Part shown: positions 24,785 to 36,708 of the stretch, one piece after another | Numbering within the stretch: the stretch's first letter is position 1 | Layout: each line of letters begins with the position of its first letter | Source of the DNA: an uncultured Bacilli bacterium | Lineage (GTDB): Bacteria > Bacillota_I > Bacilli_A > RF39 > UBA660 | NCBI GenBank assembly: GCA_947629315.1 | Contig: CANRDB010000001.1 | Location: 4,829-68,828, forward strand | Length of the DNA stretch: 64,000 nucleotides | Direction of reading: 5' to 3' | Translations under genes and position numbers: made by a program | Notes under the pieces: generated by a model | Seen by the model: only the letters and a program-made list of their open reading frames with translations | What the model was told of the DNA's origin: nothing | The model's database searches: none

Positions 24785-24866
24785 AAGATTCCTCATTTTG
24801 AGAAAGAATTTCTTGTTCTAATACCGCCAACAACTGACGATTAAAAGTTTCTTTCCTTTGTTCCAT
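24768..24866 (-). CDS. Possible 32-aa ORF overlapping the Rec2 start
   Basis: Own translation: [32 protein letters not shown], with a GAGGAAAAG SD upstream. Too short to be sure it is expressed. Confidence 0.2.
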   Translation of the reverse strand: MEQRKETFNRQLLAVLEQEILSQNEESYDREQ

Positions 24867-24983
24867 AGACTTTTCCTCATCATGGAATACATTGATTATT
24901 TCAATATTATATTTCATATTTTCACCATTACAAAATATGAAAAAAAGCGAAGATTTATATCTCCACTTCTTTCTCCTGCAAAA

Positions 24984-26012
24984 TCATTTTCGCTGTTGGC
25001 TAATATCTAATACCCATAAAATATTCGATGGTAGAATACTTCCACAATACGAGCATATCTTATCAAAGAGTCCCACATTGGCGCCACAATTGTGACATTT
25101 TTTCACACTATTCATCGTAAACTTCGGATAATAATTTTGATTACGAATCAAGGTTACTGTTTCTTTTCCCTGCACTTTTTTGATGCGACCATTGCGTTCA
25201 AAATACTTTCGAATAATAAAAGTAATTCGAATGGCAGGAATATTCCCCTTCTTGATAACTTTATAAGTATCATACTCTAAAATTTCAAAATCTACTAAAT
25301 CTTGATATTGAGGAAAAATTTTCTCATCATAGTAATGCACCAACAATTGGTAATTTAAATCTTGAATAATCTTTTGATTACTCATCCGAACTTTATCAAT
25401 CATAATTCTATCATTCCTTAAGTCACGATAGGTAATCACTTTTACCAAAAGATAAGGAATCAAAAGAAAAGTATACAATAGATGAAGAGTAAATAGCATA
25501 ACAGGTAGTGTCACGAACATCAACATAACGGCAATAAACCAAGGATACTCTCCTGACTGTAAAGTTCCCATAAACGATATACCTGTCAAAATCATGCAAG
25601 TGCTTCCCAAAAAGATTTTATACTTTTTCATAGAAAAAATCTGTTTAAAGGATTGTGTCAAATTTTTTTGATGAACTCCCTGTTCTAAATAAAAAGAAGC
25701 TCCACAATAAGGGCAACCATCGTAAAACTCTTTTTCAGTAGCATGATATCCACATTCAGAACAAGTAAATTCATTATCCCCTCTAGATAATGTCATTGTA
25801 TAAGTTATGTTATCATCAAATTTCTTTTCACGATAAAGACGTTTTCCACCTTGATAATAATTTTTCTCTATCTTATTAGCTTTATAAACAGAATCGTTTC
25901 GGTTTCCATTTAAAGTACGAACAAATAACTGATCTTTATGTCGAAAAATCTCCTCTACTACAAGATTCTTTTTAGCAAGTCTTTGTAAATGCATTTGTAA
26001 AGGACTTGGCAT
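24984..26012 (-). CDS. Membrane protein with two zinc ribbons (IE-2 cargo)
   Basis: CSECG..CPYCG near the N-terminus, at least 3 TM helices, and a C-terminal CHNCG..CSYCG. Confidence 0.6.
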   Translation of the reverse strand: MPSPLQMHLQRLAKKNLVVEEIFRHKDQLFVRTLNGNRNDSVYKANKIEKNYYQGGKRLYREKKFDDNITYTMTLSRGDNEFTCSECGYHATEKEFYDGCPYCGASFYLEQGVHQKNLTQSFKQIFSMKKYKIFLGSTCMILTGISFMGTLQSGEYPWFIAVMLMFVTLPVMLFTLHLLYTFLLIPYLLVKVITYRDLRNDRIMIDKVRMSNQKIIQDLNYQLLVHYYDEKIFPQYQDLVDFEILEYDTYKVIKKGNIPAIRITFIIRKYFERNGRIKKVQGKETVTLIRNQNYYPKFTMNSVKKCHNCGANVGLFDKICSYCGSILPSNILWVLDISQQRK

Positions 26013-26075
26013 ACTATCACACTCCTACTATTCTCATTATAACAAAAAAAGTCCTCATCACAACTATTTTTTTCT

Positions 26076-26115
26076 ATTTTGACAATGAACTATGGAGCAA
26101 CTGGTCCAGTAGGTC
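26076..26115. other. attR of IE-2
   Basis: ATTTTGACAAtgaactatGGAGCAACTGgtccagtaggtc. Confidence 0.7.
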
Positions 26116-26140
26116 CTACTGGAGACGTTGGCCCTACGGG
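26101..26140 (+). pseudogene. Collagen-like gene segment 3 of 4 (40 nt)
   Basis: Reads (a)ct GGT CCA GTA GGT CCT ACT GGA GAC GTT GGC CCT ACG GG = [13 protein letters not shown]. It lies between attR2 and attL3. Confidence 0.65.
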
Positions 26141-26168
26141 TCCTACTGCACTCACTTAAAAGTGGCAC
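26125..26168. other. attL of IE-3
   Basis: gttggccctacgGGTcctactgcactcacttAAAGTGGCACT. The arm is the perfect inverted partner of AGTGCCACTTT at 29419. Confidence 0.6.
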
Positions 26169-26256
26169 TTTTGCCAAAAATTAGAACGAAAATAAGCACT
26201 TTACATTTCATTTGAAATATTATATAATACAAGTAACTAGAAAGAAGGGATTATAA

Positions 26257-27651
26257 ATGAAAAAAGTAGTAGGAACAGTAATGAAAGGGATGCTTGTTAC
26301 TTCAGGAGTTGTCACTGCTGTTGGTTGTACATTAGCTATCAGTAATCATTTGTTGAAATCAGATGATCTTGTTCTATCCAATCACAATGGTAGCGAAGTA
26401 AAACAAGCAAATGTTTTAGCGGTCGCTCAAAATCAAGTAAAGGAAGCGGAAGTTCAAGAGGCAAAAGCCAACCAAGAATTGACAAAAGCAACAAATGAAA
26501 AAGCAGAGGCAGAAAAAGAAGTTCAAAAAGCGAAAGAAACTGTGAAAGAGGTTCAAAAGGAAAAAAGCAAAGCCGAAGCACAATTAAAAGAAGCCAAAAC
26601 AGAAGAAGAAAGAAAACAGGTAGAAGATCAAATTAAAGTTTTAGAAGAAAAAGTGAAAGAAGCTGAAAATAATCAAAAAGCAGCAGAATCAAAAGTACAA
26701 GAAGCAGAGACTAAGGTTCAAGAGGCTGAAGTGAAAGTTCAAGAGGCTGAAGCCAAGGTTCAAGAAGCTGAGGCTAAAGTTCAAGAAGTACAAGAGACAG
26801 AAATGAAGAAACAAGAAGTAGAAAAACAAGTTCAAGAAGTTCTTCCAGCAAATCCTTCAAAAGAAGAAACTCAAACTACTGTCAAAGAAGAAAACACTAC
26901 CAAACCAGTTGAAAATAATCAACAAGTAACGACTCAAGAAACAAAGCAACCAGAGACAAAACAAACTGAAACGAAACAACCAGAGACAAAGCAAGTTGAA
27001 ACAAAACAGACTGAAACGAAAAAAGAAGAATCTTCAACAAACAATAATTCTTCTAATAATAGTTCTTCTAGATTAACGCAAGAGGCTTTAGAGGCTGCAG
27101 CGAGAGCAGAACAAAAATGGAATGAGGAATATCAAAAATTCCTTGCTGATCAAAAAGCAGAAGCAGATGCTAAAAAGCAAGCAAGAGATGAGGAAGCTAA
27201 AAAAGCAGAAGAGGCTGCTGAAAAAGAATTGGAAGAAAGAAGACAAAGAGAATCAACAGACAGTTTAAAGAACTTTGGTTCAGCGACTACTGATACCGTA
27301 TTTGGAGATAGAACTTTTACATTTGCTCAAAAGAATGTAGATTTACCATTTAATCCAGATATCAAAGAAAATCCAAAGAAAGTGACTTGTACAGGAGACC
27401 ATTGCGGAAAGAATGAACAAGGTTACATTTGGTTTGCTAGATTTAATAACAATTTAAATCTTGATATCTTTAAAGAACCTGGTAGTGATCGTTATGTAAG
27501 TAGTGTTCTTATTGGAAAACGTGGCGATGTAGAATATTGGACGCAATATGCACCAAGTGTTGTAAACGGTCATCAATTTGTAGAGTGGAAAGTAACAGAT
27601 ACTACTGAATATGGTATGAAAATTAAAGTTTATACTGCCATTTATAAGTAA
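26257..27651 (+). CDS. Secreted/anchored repeat protein (IE-3 cargo)
   Basis: N-terminal signal/anchor (VVGTVMKGMLVTSGVVTAVGC), KVQEAE-type coiled-coil repeats, ETKQ(P/T/V) repeats, and a C-terminal globular domain containing Cys residues. Confidence 0.7.
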   Translation: MKKVVGTVMKGMLVTSGVVTAVGCTLAISNHLLKSDDLVLSNHNGSEVKQANVLAVAQNQVKEAEVQEAKANQELTKATNEKAEAEKEVQKAKETVKEVQKEKSKAEAQLKEAKTEEERKQVEDQIKVLEEKVKEAENNQKAAESKVQEAETKVQEAEVKVQEAEAKVQEAEAKVQEVQETEMKKQEVEKQVQEVLPANPSKEETQTTVKEENTTKPVENNQQVTTQETKQPETKQTETKQPETKQVETKQTETKKEESSTNNNSSNNSSSRLTQEALEAAARAEQKWNEEYQKFLADQKAEADAKKQARDEEAKKAEEAAEKELEERRQRESTDSLKNFGSATTDTVFGDRTFTFAQKNVDLPFNPDIKENPKKVTCTGDHCGKNEQGYIWFARFNNNLNLDIFKEPGSDRYVSSVLIGKRGDVEYWTQYAPSVVNGHQFVEWKVTDTTEYGMKIKVYTAIYK

Positions 27652-27653
27652 TG

Positions 27654-27684
27654 AAAGAGCGAAACAATTCGCTCTTTTCTTTTG
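27654..27684 (+). terminator. Terminator after the repeat protein
   Basis: AAAGAGCG-aaacaatt-CGCTCTTT followed by TCTTTT. Confidence 0.5.
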
Positions 27685-27734
27685 ACCTATGATTAAAACT
27701 ATCCTTTTAGAATAATATACATTGAGGAGGTTTG

Positions 27735-27824
27735 ATGATGAAAGTAATCAGTCATTTTAAAGATAATGGTGAAAATTTAACAAAAGTTATAGAAGAATTG
27801 TTAAAAAATATCATTCAAAAATAA
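27735..27824 (+). CDS. Possible 29-aa ORF immediately upstream of Rec3
   Basis: A GAGGAGG SD followed by MMKVISHFKDNGENLTKVIEELLKNIIQK. Its stop is 6 nt before the Rec3 ATG. Confidence 0.25.
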   Translation: MMKVISHFKDNGENLTKVIEELLKNIIQK

Positions 27825-27830
27825 AGGCAA

Positions 27831-30925
<3,095 letters not shown>

Positions 30926-30960
30926 ATTTCTCTTTTCTACTTTTTTCTTTTTTCATATCG

Positions 30961-31899
30961 TTATTGTATTAATGATGGAATACCTTGAACATCTACTTCC
31001 ATGCTATATCCATCGTCACCAATCGTAGCATCTGTAATAATCTTATCGATTATATCTACATAACTAGTTCCATAAGTATTATTAGCCGTCCGAATAACCA
31101 CACGAGCAGCTGTTACAGTATCTTTTTCTCTATAGGCATCTACTAAATTCATACCTTGCATATTATAACTAAACATCAAATACTGATTACCATTGACTGC
31201 TTGACGAGTAAGGGTTACATTTGTTGCCCCTGAACCTTCTATTTGTGCACGAAGTTCTTCATCACTATGACTACTAAGACTACTAAAACTTCCAGGAATC
31301 ATTTCAACTTGAGCAACCCATGTAGGATTATTCTCATCATCGGTAATTAATAGCCATTCTCCATCAACGGCTGTTGAATAATCTACTGGTACTTTATAAC
31401 TTACATTTCCTACTTTTACATTAAAGGTATTAGCAACTGGTGTAACAGATCCTCCACTAGAATTACTTCCCGTATTACTGTCGGAATTACTTCCTGAATT
31501 ACTAGTACTAACATCACACTTATCACCTTTACAACCGCCACCATTATTATCCTCTTTCTTATTAGAAACTAATAGAACTACTACAACGGCTACTGCAATC
31601 ACTACTACTGCTATCACGATAGCAATAATCATCTTATTATTTCCACCAGCCTTTGGTGGTACACTATTCATTGGTTGTTGCATCACTGGAGGAACTGGTG
31701 ATTGTGGTGCCCCAGGAACAGCTGGCATAACAGGTGTTACAGGGGATGCAGGTGCCCCTGGAGCGGCTTGTTCGATTGGTGCAACAGGTGTTGCAGGTGC
31801 TACTGGAGTTACAGGAGCAACAGGCGTTGCAGGTGCAGTTGGTGCTACTGGTGAAACAGGCTGAACTGCTGGTATTGAATTTGCATTATTTTCATTCAT
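30961..31899 (-). CDS. Membrane-anchored protein with a Pro-rich N-terminal tail
   Basis: MNENNANS, then PVAPxxP repeats, a TM ([21 protein letters not shown]), a Ser/Asn/Gly linker and a roughly 170-aa outside domain. Its N-terminus is paralogous to that of 36709..38907. Confidence 0.65.
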   Translation of the reverse strand: MNENNANSIPAVQPVSPVAPTAPATPVAPVTPVAPATPVAPIEQAAPGAPASPVTPVMPAVPGAPQSPVPPVMQQPMNSVPPKAGGNNKMIIAIVIAVVVIAVAVVVVLLVSNKKEDNNGGGCKGDKCDVSTSNSGSNSDSNTGSNSSGGSVTPVANTFNVKVGNVSYKVPVDYSTAVDGEWLLITDDENNPTWVAQVEMIPGSFSSLSSHSDEELRAQIEGSGATNVTLTRQAVNGNQYLMFSYNMQGMNLVDAYREKDTVTAARVVIRTANNTYGTSYVDIIDKIITDATIGDDGYSMEVDVQGIPSLIQ

Positions 31900-32152
31900 T
31901 TTTATTTCCTCTTTCCTTCTTCTTTATACTCAACACATTCATTGAGTCTATAAATGTTTCTTCAAACGATGAATTTTTGAGTAAAACAATGTTGTTTTCT
32001 GACTGCCGCTTTCCTTCTTAGTTCCTCCTTACTAACTCGTATTCCATTCCAAACTACTAAGAAAGTTACAGCAATCTATCTTCTACCTACTCTATAATGA
32101 TAATACCCCTTTTTAAAGGAATAGTCAAGTATAAAGTTACTTCTTTTATAGG

Positions 32153-33802
32153 TTATTCATATGGATAAGTAGACGAACTCACATTTGCCACTTCTTGAAT
32201 CATATCATCTGTAATCGAAGAATCTGTAGCTTCTAAAGAAATTTTCATAAGAGTAAATTCTGAAAATGTATAAAGCATCACTTTTTCAATGACACGATTC
32301 TTACCATCGTGATAAAATCCCTTATAAATATAATACTCACGACCATTCATTTTCTTTTTTTTAGAAAAAGTAAGCAATTGATAGGTGCCGTATCTAGAAT
32401 TATAATCTTTTATCGTTTTATTTAAAATATCGATGTGAGAAGTAATGATTTGTTCCGCATCAGTATAAACATTATCCAACTGGTAATCTAACATATATTT
32501 ATAGTAAGAACTTAAGAATTCGTAAGTATAATCCATATAGTAAGATCTACTACCAAATATATCAGTAGAATATAAATAATTCGTAATCTCTAGCCAATGA
32601 TTTGGTAATTGGATAGTCCATTGTTCTGCAAGATGTTCGGACTGATTGACAATCCTTTTTAGATTAGAGTATAGATTATCTCCCCTCATCTCTGTATTCG
32701 TATAAAAACCTACTTCTTTAGCAGAAGTTACACGGATATGATTGACCAATTCAGCAGGTACACTATCGCTATCAATGGTGATTCTCAAAGTACAGTTTTT
32801 CGCAATCTCAAAAAGCATTGTAACTTCTTCTGTTTCAAAAGGATTTATATAGGATTCACTACTTGAGAAAGTATAGGTTTCTCGAAAAATATAAAGTGGA
32901 TAGGCGCTGTCTTCTACTTTTTCAAGAGTAGTTTGATAGTTTTGATACATTTGAGAGTTCTGTCTTTTAAACTGGGAATCTGCATACATATCATCCAAAA
33001 CAGTATAGATTGGATATAAACTGGTCATAAAACTAACTTCAAAATTTAATACTGTATCCTCATGTTCATACCGATATCGATAATGAGAGACATTTGACTC
33101 AAAACGAGTTAATTCTAAAACATCCGGTATTTCGTATTCAATTCTATAGTTTACACTAGCGAGTTCCCCTTTTTTGGTTTTGAGAAATTGGTTATTTAAA
33201 TCTTTATCTTGATTCCAGCCAATACTAGAAAGTTCCATTGGGTACTGATAATTTTGCTGCTCCTGTTGAGGATGAACTAGTGAGAAATCTTCTAACATGT
33301 ATTCAAAACTATCCAATAAAATATCAAACTGTTGATGAGGTGCCTGATAACTCCACATCACGATTCCCTCATCTATTTTGGTAAAAATAAATAAAATCTG
33401 ATTCTCTGCCGATTCATAGAGAACCTGATATCCTGGATATTGGCGTTTAGAAATTGTAATATCTTCTTCAGCAATTAATTCATAACCTTCATTTTGTTTA
33501 CTAAATTCATATAGTAATGTTCCTTTTAAATTTTCCAATGTTGTATAATCCGTTTCTTCTAGAGGAAGATACTGTAAAGAAACAGAACTCTCATCATGAC
33601 TTAAAACCGTCTGATATTCCTGTTCTTCTTGTACTTTCCATGTAGTATCATAATGGAATGTATAATAGTCATTCTCATATACTCTCGTTTGAATACGACT
33701 TGGATTCCATACTATATAGGCAATTACACAAGAGATTCCTAATGTCATCGTTACAAAGAAAGCAATCACTACTAATTGATATTTCTTCCACCAGTTTTTC
33801 AT
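32153..33802 (-). CDS. Hypothetical N-terminally anchored protein
   Basis: 549 aa with one N-terminal TM. Its start overlaps the stop of the upstream gene by 4 nt. Confidence 0.55.
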   Translation of the reverse strand: MKNWWKKYQLVVIAFFVTMTLGISCVIAYIVWNPSRIQTRVYENDYYTFHYDTTWKVQEEQEYQTVLSHDESSVSLQYLPLEETDYTTLENLKGTLLYEFSKQNEGYELIAEEDITISKRQYPGYQVLYESAENQILFIFTKIDEGIVMWSYQAPHQQFDILLDSFEYMLEDFSLVHPQQEQQNYQYPMELSSIGWNQDKDLNNQFLKTKKGELASVNYRIEYEIPDVLELTRFESNVSHYRYRYEHEDTVLNFEVSFMTSLYPIYTVLDDMYADSQFKRQNSQMYQNYQTTLEKVEDSAYPLYIFRETYTFSSSESYINPFETEEVTMLFEIAKNCTLRITIDSDSVPAELVNHIRVTSAKEVGFYTNTEMRGDNLYSNLKRIVNQSEHLAEQWTIQLPNHWLEITNYLYSTDIFGSRSYYMDYTYEFLSSYYKYMLDYQLDNVYTDAEQIITSHIDILNKTIKDYNSRYGTYQLLTFSKKKKMNGREYYIYKGFYHDGKNRVIEKVMLYTFSEFTLMKISLEATDSSITDDMIQEVANVSSSTYPYE

Positions 33803-35496
33803 AATTTCACCATCACAATCAATAAGTATTGAAACTGCGACATGACTATGACTTTATATTTTTTATTTTCATACACATATCGATTATCTTCATTGGATAC
33901 TTCTTGATATCCATCCTCTAATAATTTTGCTTGAAAGGCCGATGCATATTGCATATTACTGACGTATTCTGGAGTTTCGTTTTTATAACGTAGACTGACA
34001 ACCCCGTCTTGATAACTTCCCTTGATTAGTTTTAATGGAATAGTCTTTTCAATATCACCAATGGCAGCATACTTCTTCCAAATTTTATCAGGAATCGTGT
34101 TCACTTCTTGTTCTTGAGTATCTTTTGTATACCGATAATATCGTTCTTTCAAATCATCAAAAGGAACAGACACAATGGTATCAAAATCTTTTTGCTTGAT
34201 GTTATCATATGCTTCTTCTATCAATTCTACAGGGAGAGAAAAAGAAACATTACTATCAATAGACACAGGAACATTCATTCCCACAACCGCACCATCTAAA
34301 TTGAATAATGGACTTCCCGCATCAGATGCTCTCATCGGAATGATAGTTCGTACATATCCTCTCATACGAAGGGCTATTCCAGACTGCAAACTAAATCCCA
34401 CACCAGTCTTGCTATTTACCGTAAAGATTGGATCTTCTAATTGGGCATTCGTAGGACTAATCGTGACTGGATTTCCTTTTTCCTCTTTTAATTTCAAAAG
34501 AGCGATATCCGTATTGGGATTGATGGTGATAATTCCATCCAAATCATAATAATTTCCTTGATAATCTCGGATAGCAATATACTGTGCATTCTCTAAGGAA
34601 CTTTTAATAAAACTCCAAGTTGTTATCAAAATTCCCTCTTTTAAAAAGAAACCATGAGCAGTTGTAATCAATTCATTGTTATAATAAGAATTCAGTAAAA
34701 CAACACTATCAATGGTACGAGTTAACAATTTTTGAAAAGTATTTTTAGAAACATGGTCTAATTGATCATAGTTGTAAATGGAAGAAAAGTTATCACTTCC
34801 CCGAAAAGAATCAATAATATTGGTAGTATTTTTACTTTCTAAAGTCTCTATATTTTGATAGTAGACATTGATACTAGATTCATCAAAAGCTTCCTCAAAT
34901 ATATAGAACAGTTTATACTCACCATCTATTTTTTGCCATTCATAGTAAAGAGTTATATCGACATTCATTTCCTCTTTGTATAAAGGATTATTCTCATCGA
35001 TATTCATCATGGAAACATTAGGCACAAGAATAGTAGATATAAAACTTTTATCATCCACTGCTGTCACATAAATCTCTCCCAAGATAGAGTAACGACAATC
35101 TCGCAAATTGATAGCTTGAAAGGTTTGACTTAAATTCGTATAAGTATAAGAATTGAGAAACTCATCATCATCAGATTGAACAGGTGTGGAATAACGAAAA
35201 TCCATAAAAGTATTATAACGTTGATAATACTCTAACGTCGTTTCCTCTTCTCCGTTCGCTAAAAACAATAATTCCGTAACCTGTTTACTTTTCTCTTTGA
35301 TTTCTTGTTCCACATCATTACTCTCTACCTGTATCTCTTTCGTTAATGTGTATTGGGAATCAAATTCTTTCATGAGGTCTTGCAATTGCTTAGTATTCGT
35401 TAAAATGGCTTTAGAGGAGTCAAAATGCAAAGTCATAGCATACAAAGTAGTTATACTCATGAGACAGAGCATTAGAAATATACTAACTTTCTTCAT
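33799..35496 (-). CDS. Secreted protein with a trypsin-like (S1C/HtrA-type) fold segment, possibly catalytically degenerate
   Basis: Signal peptide. DIALLKL (Asp block) and SDAGSPLFNLDGAVVGMN (Ser block) are present. The His block reads ILITTWSFI and has no His. Confidence 0.45.
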   Translation of the reverse strand: MKKVSIFLMLCLMSITTLYAMTLHFDSSKAILTNTKQLQDLMKEFDSQYTLTKEIQVESNDVEQEIKEKSKQVTELLFLANGEEETTLEYYQRYNTFMDFRYSTPVQSDDDEFLNSYTYTNLSQTFQAINLRDCRYSILGEIYVTAVDDKSFISTILVPNVSMMNIDENNPLYKEEMNVDITLYYEWQKIDGEYKLFYIFEEAFDESSINVYYQNIETLESKNTTNIIDSFRGSDNFSSIYNYDQLDHVSKNTFQKLLTRTIDSVVLLNSYYNNELITTAHGFFLKEGILITTWSFIKSSLENAQYIAIRDYQGNYYDLDGIITINPNTDIALLKLKEEKGNPVTISPTNAQLEDPIFTVNSKTGVGFSLQSGIALRMRGYVRTIIPMRASDAGSPLFNLDGAVVGMNVPVSIDSNVSFSLPVELIEEAYDNIKQKDFDTIVSVPFDDLKERYYRYTKDTQEQEVNTIPDKIWKKYAAIGDIEKTIPLKLIKGSYQDGVVSLRYKNETPEYVSNMQYASAFQAKLLEDGYQEVSNEDNRYVYENKKYKVIVMSQFQYLLIVMVKL

Positions 35497-36680
35497 GACA
35501 ATCTCTCCTTTAATACCGCCACGATATATTTACTCGCATCCTTAGCTTTATTTCCATTTAAATACGTATCGTGAAAAGCTTCAGCTATCGTCTCATCATA
35601 GATATATCGACCACTATTATCACGTGCTACCGCATAAGAAGATATGGTAGCTCTCCATTCATCTATGGATAACTTACTTTGAAAATCTTTTTGATAATTT
35701 TGATAGGCTTCTTCTACAATTCCCTGAGCATACTCACCAGACTTTGACTCCACTCCAATTTGTGATAACACACTATAGTTTTCAGAATCAATTAATAAAA
35801 TAGAAGTAATTCCATGGCTTTTTAAAAGAGCGATGAAAGACAAATAATGTCCCATCTCATGGGCAACTGGCGAATAAATCGTCGCATTGGGTGGAAAATG
35901 TCCAGCGTGAGAAGCATCTTCGGTTGCTACCTTTAATCTCGTAGGATTTAAAAAGTAAGAAGAACTTAAAAACATTTGGGTCTTAATTACCAATTGGTAT
36001 TGGGAAGATGAAATATTCGCAAAAGCAAAAATCGGTAAAAAAGAAGCAATGACACCACTACGAGACATACTCTCATTTTTAAGAGTTAAATTCGTTAGAT
36101 ATCCCCTTGTCGTAGGAAATTCTTCATATATCTTCTCAAATACTTTTCCCAGTTCTTCAGCAAACTCCACATCCATTTCACATAAATTAATAGCAGTAAT
36201 TCCATATTTCACCGTAAAAGTCTTCTCTAACTCTTGTATTTTTAAAGGACACTTCCTCTTTTGTAGTTTAGAATCCTCTTCAATCAATTGATAAGCTAAT
36301 TCTTTCGTATCTAGATGATCACATTTATAAGTATTATCAGAAACAACAGAAGAAACAGTTCCTCCTGGTTGCATAACCGTTCCCTCTTGTAATTCACAAA
36401 GATTATTGGTAAGTTGCATCGTAGCTACTTTCTCCTCTAAGTGATTCTTGCGAAAATAATAGGATGGCTCTTGATGGAACAAAAGATATCCTAACAACAA
36501 TAAACCACATAGACAAATACTCATCCCGGACCCAGCAAGAATCATTAGAACGTGATTTCTATTTTTCGTCTTTTTACTACTATAACCACAATTTGGACAG
36601 TACCGAAACCGAGTTTCTAATTCGTGATGGCAGTGGAAACACTTCATATCATAGCCTCCTATTCTCTTCCATTTTATCAC
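35493..36680 (-). CDS. Zinc-ribbon + TM + HExxH metalloprotease-like protein
   Basis: N-terminal CFHC..CPNCG, one TM, and the motif VAHEMGHYLSF in the outside domain. Confidence 0.55.
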   Translation of the reverse strand: MIKWKRIGGYDMKCFHCHHELETRFRYCPNCGYSSKKTKNRNHVLMILAGSGMSICLCGLLLLGYLLFHQEPSYYFRKNHLEEKVATMQLTNNLCELQEGTVMQPGGTVSSVVSDNTYKCDHLDTKELAYQLIEEDSKLQKRKCPLKIQELEKTFTVKYGITAINLCEMDVEFAEELGKVFEKIYEEFPTTRGYLTNLTLKNESMSRSGVIASFLPIFAFANISSSQYQLVIKTQMFLSSSYFLNPTRLKVATEDASHAGHFPPNATIYSPVAHEMGHYLSFIALLKSHGITSILLIDSENYSVLSQIGVESKSGEYAQGIVEEAYQNYQKDFQSKLSIDEWRATISSYAVARDNSGRYIYDETIAEAFHDTYLNGNKAKDASKYIVAVLKERLS

Positions 36681-36708
36681 AATTTTGACAAGAAAAAAAT
36701 AGGTTTCC

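Noticed and set aside
31734-32021. 95-aa plus-strand ORF antisense to the Pro-rich N-terminus of 30961..31899
   Set aside because: It is a shadow ORF created by PxxP repeat codons and has no independent signals.
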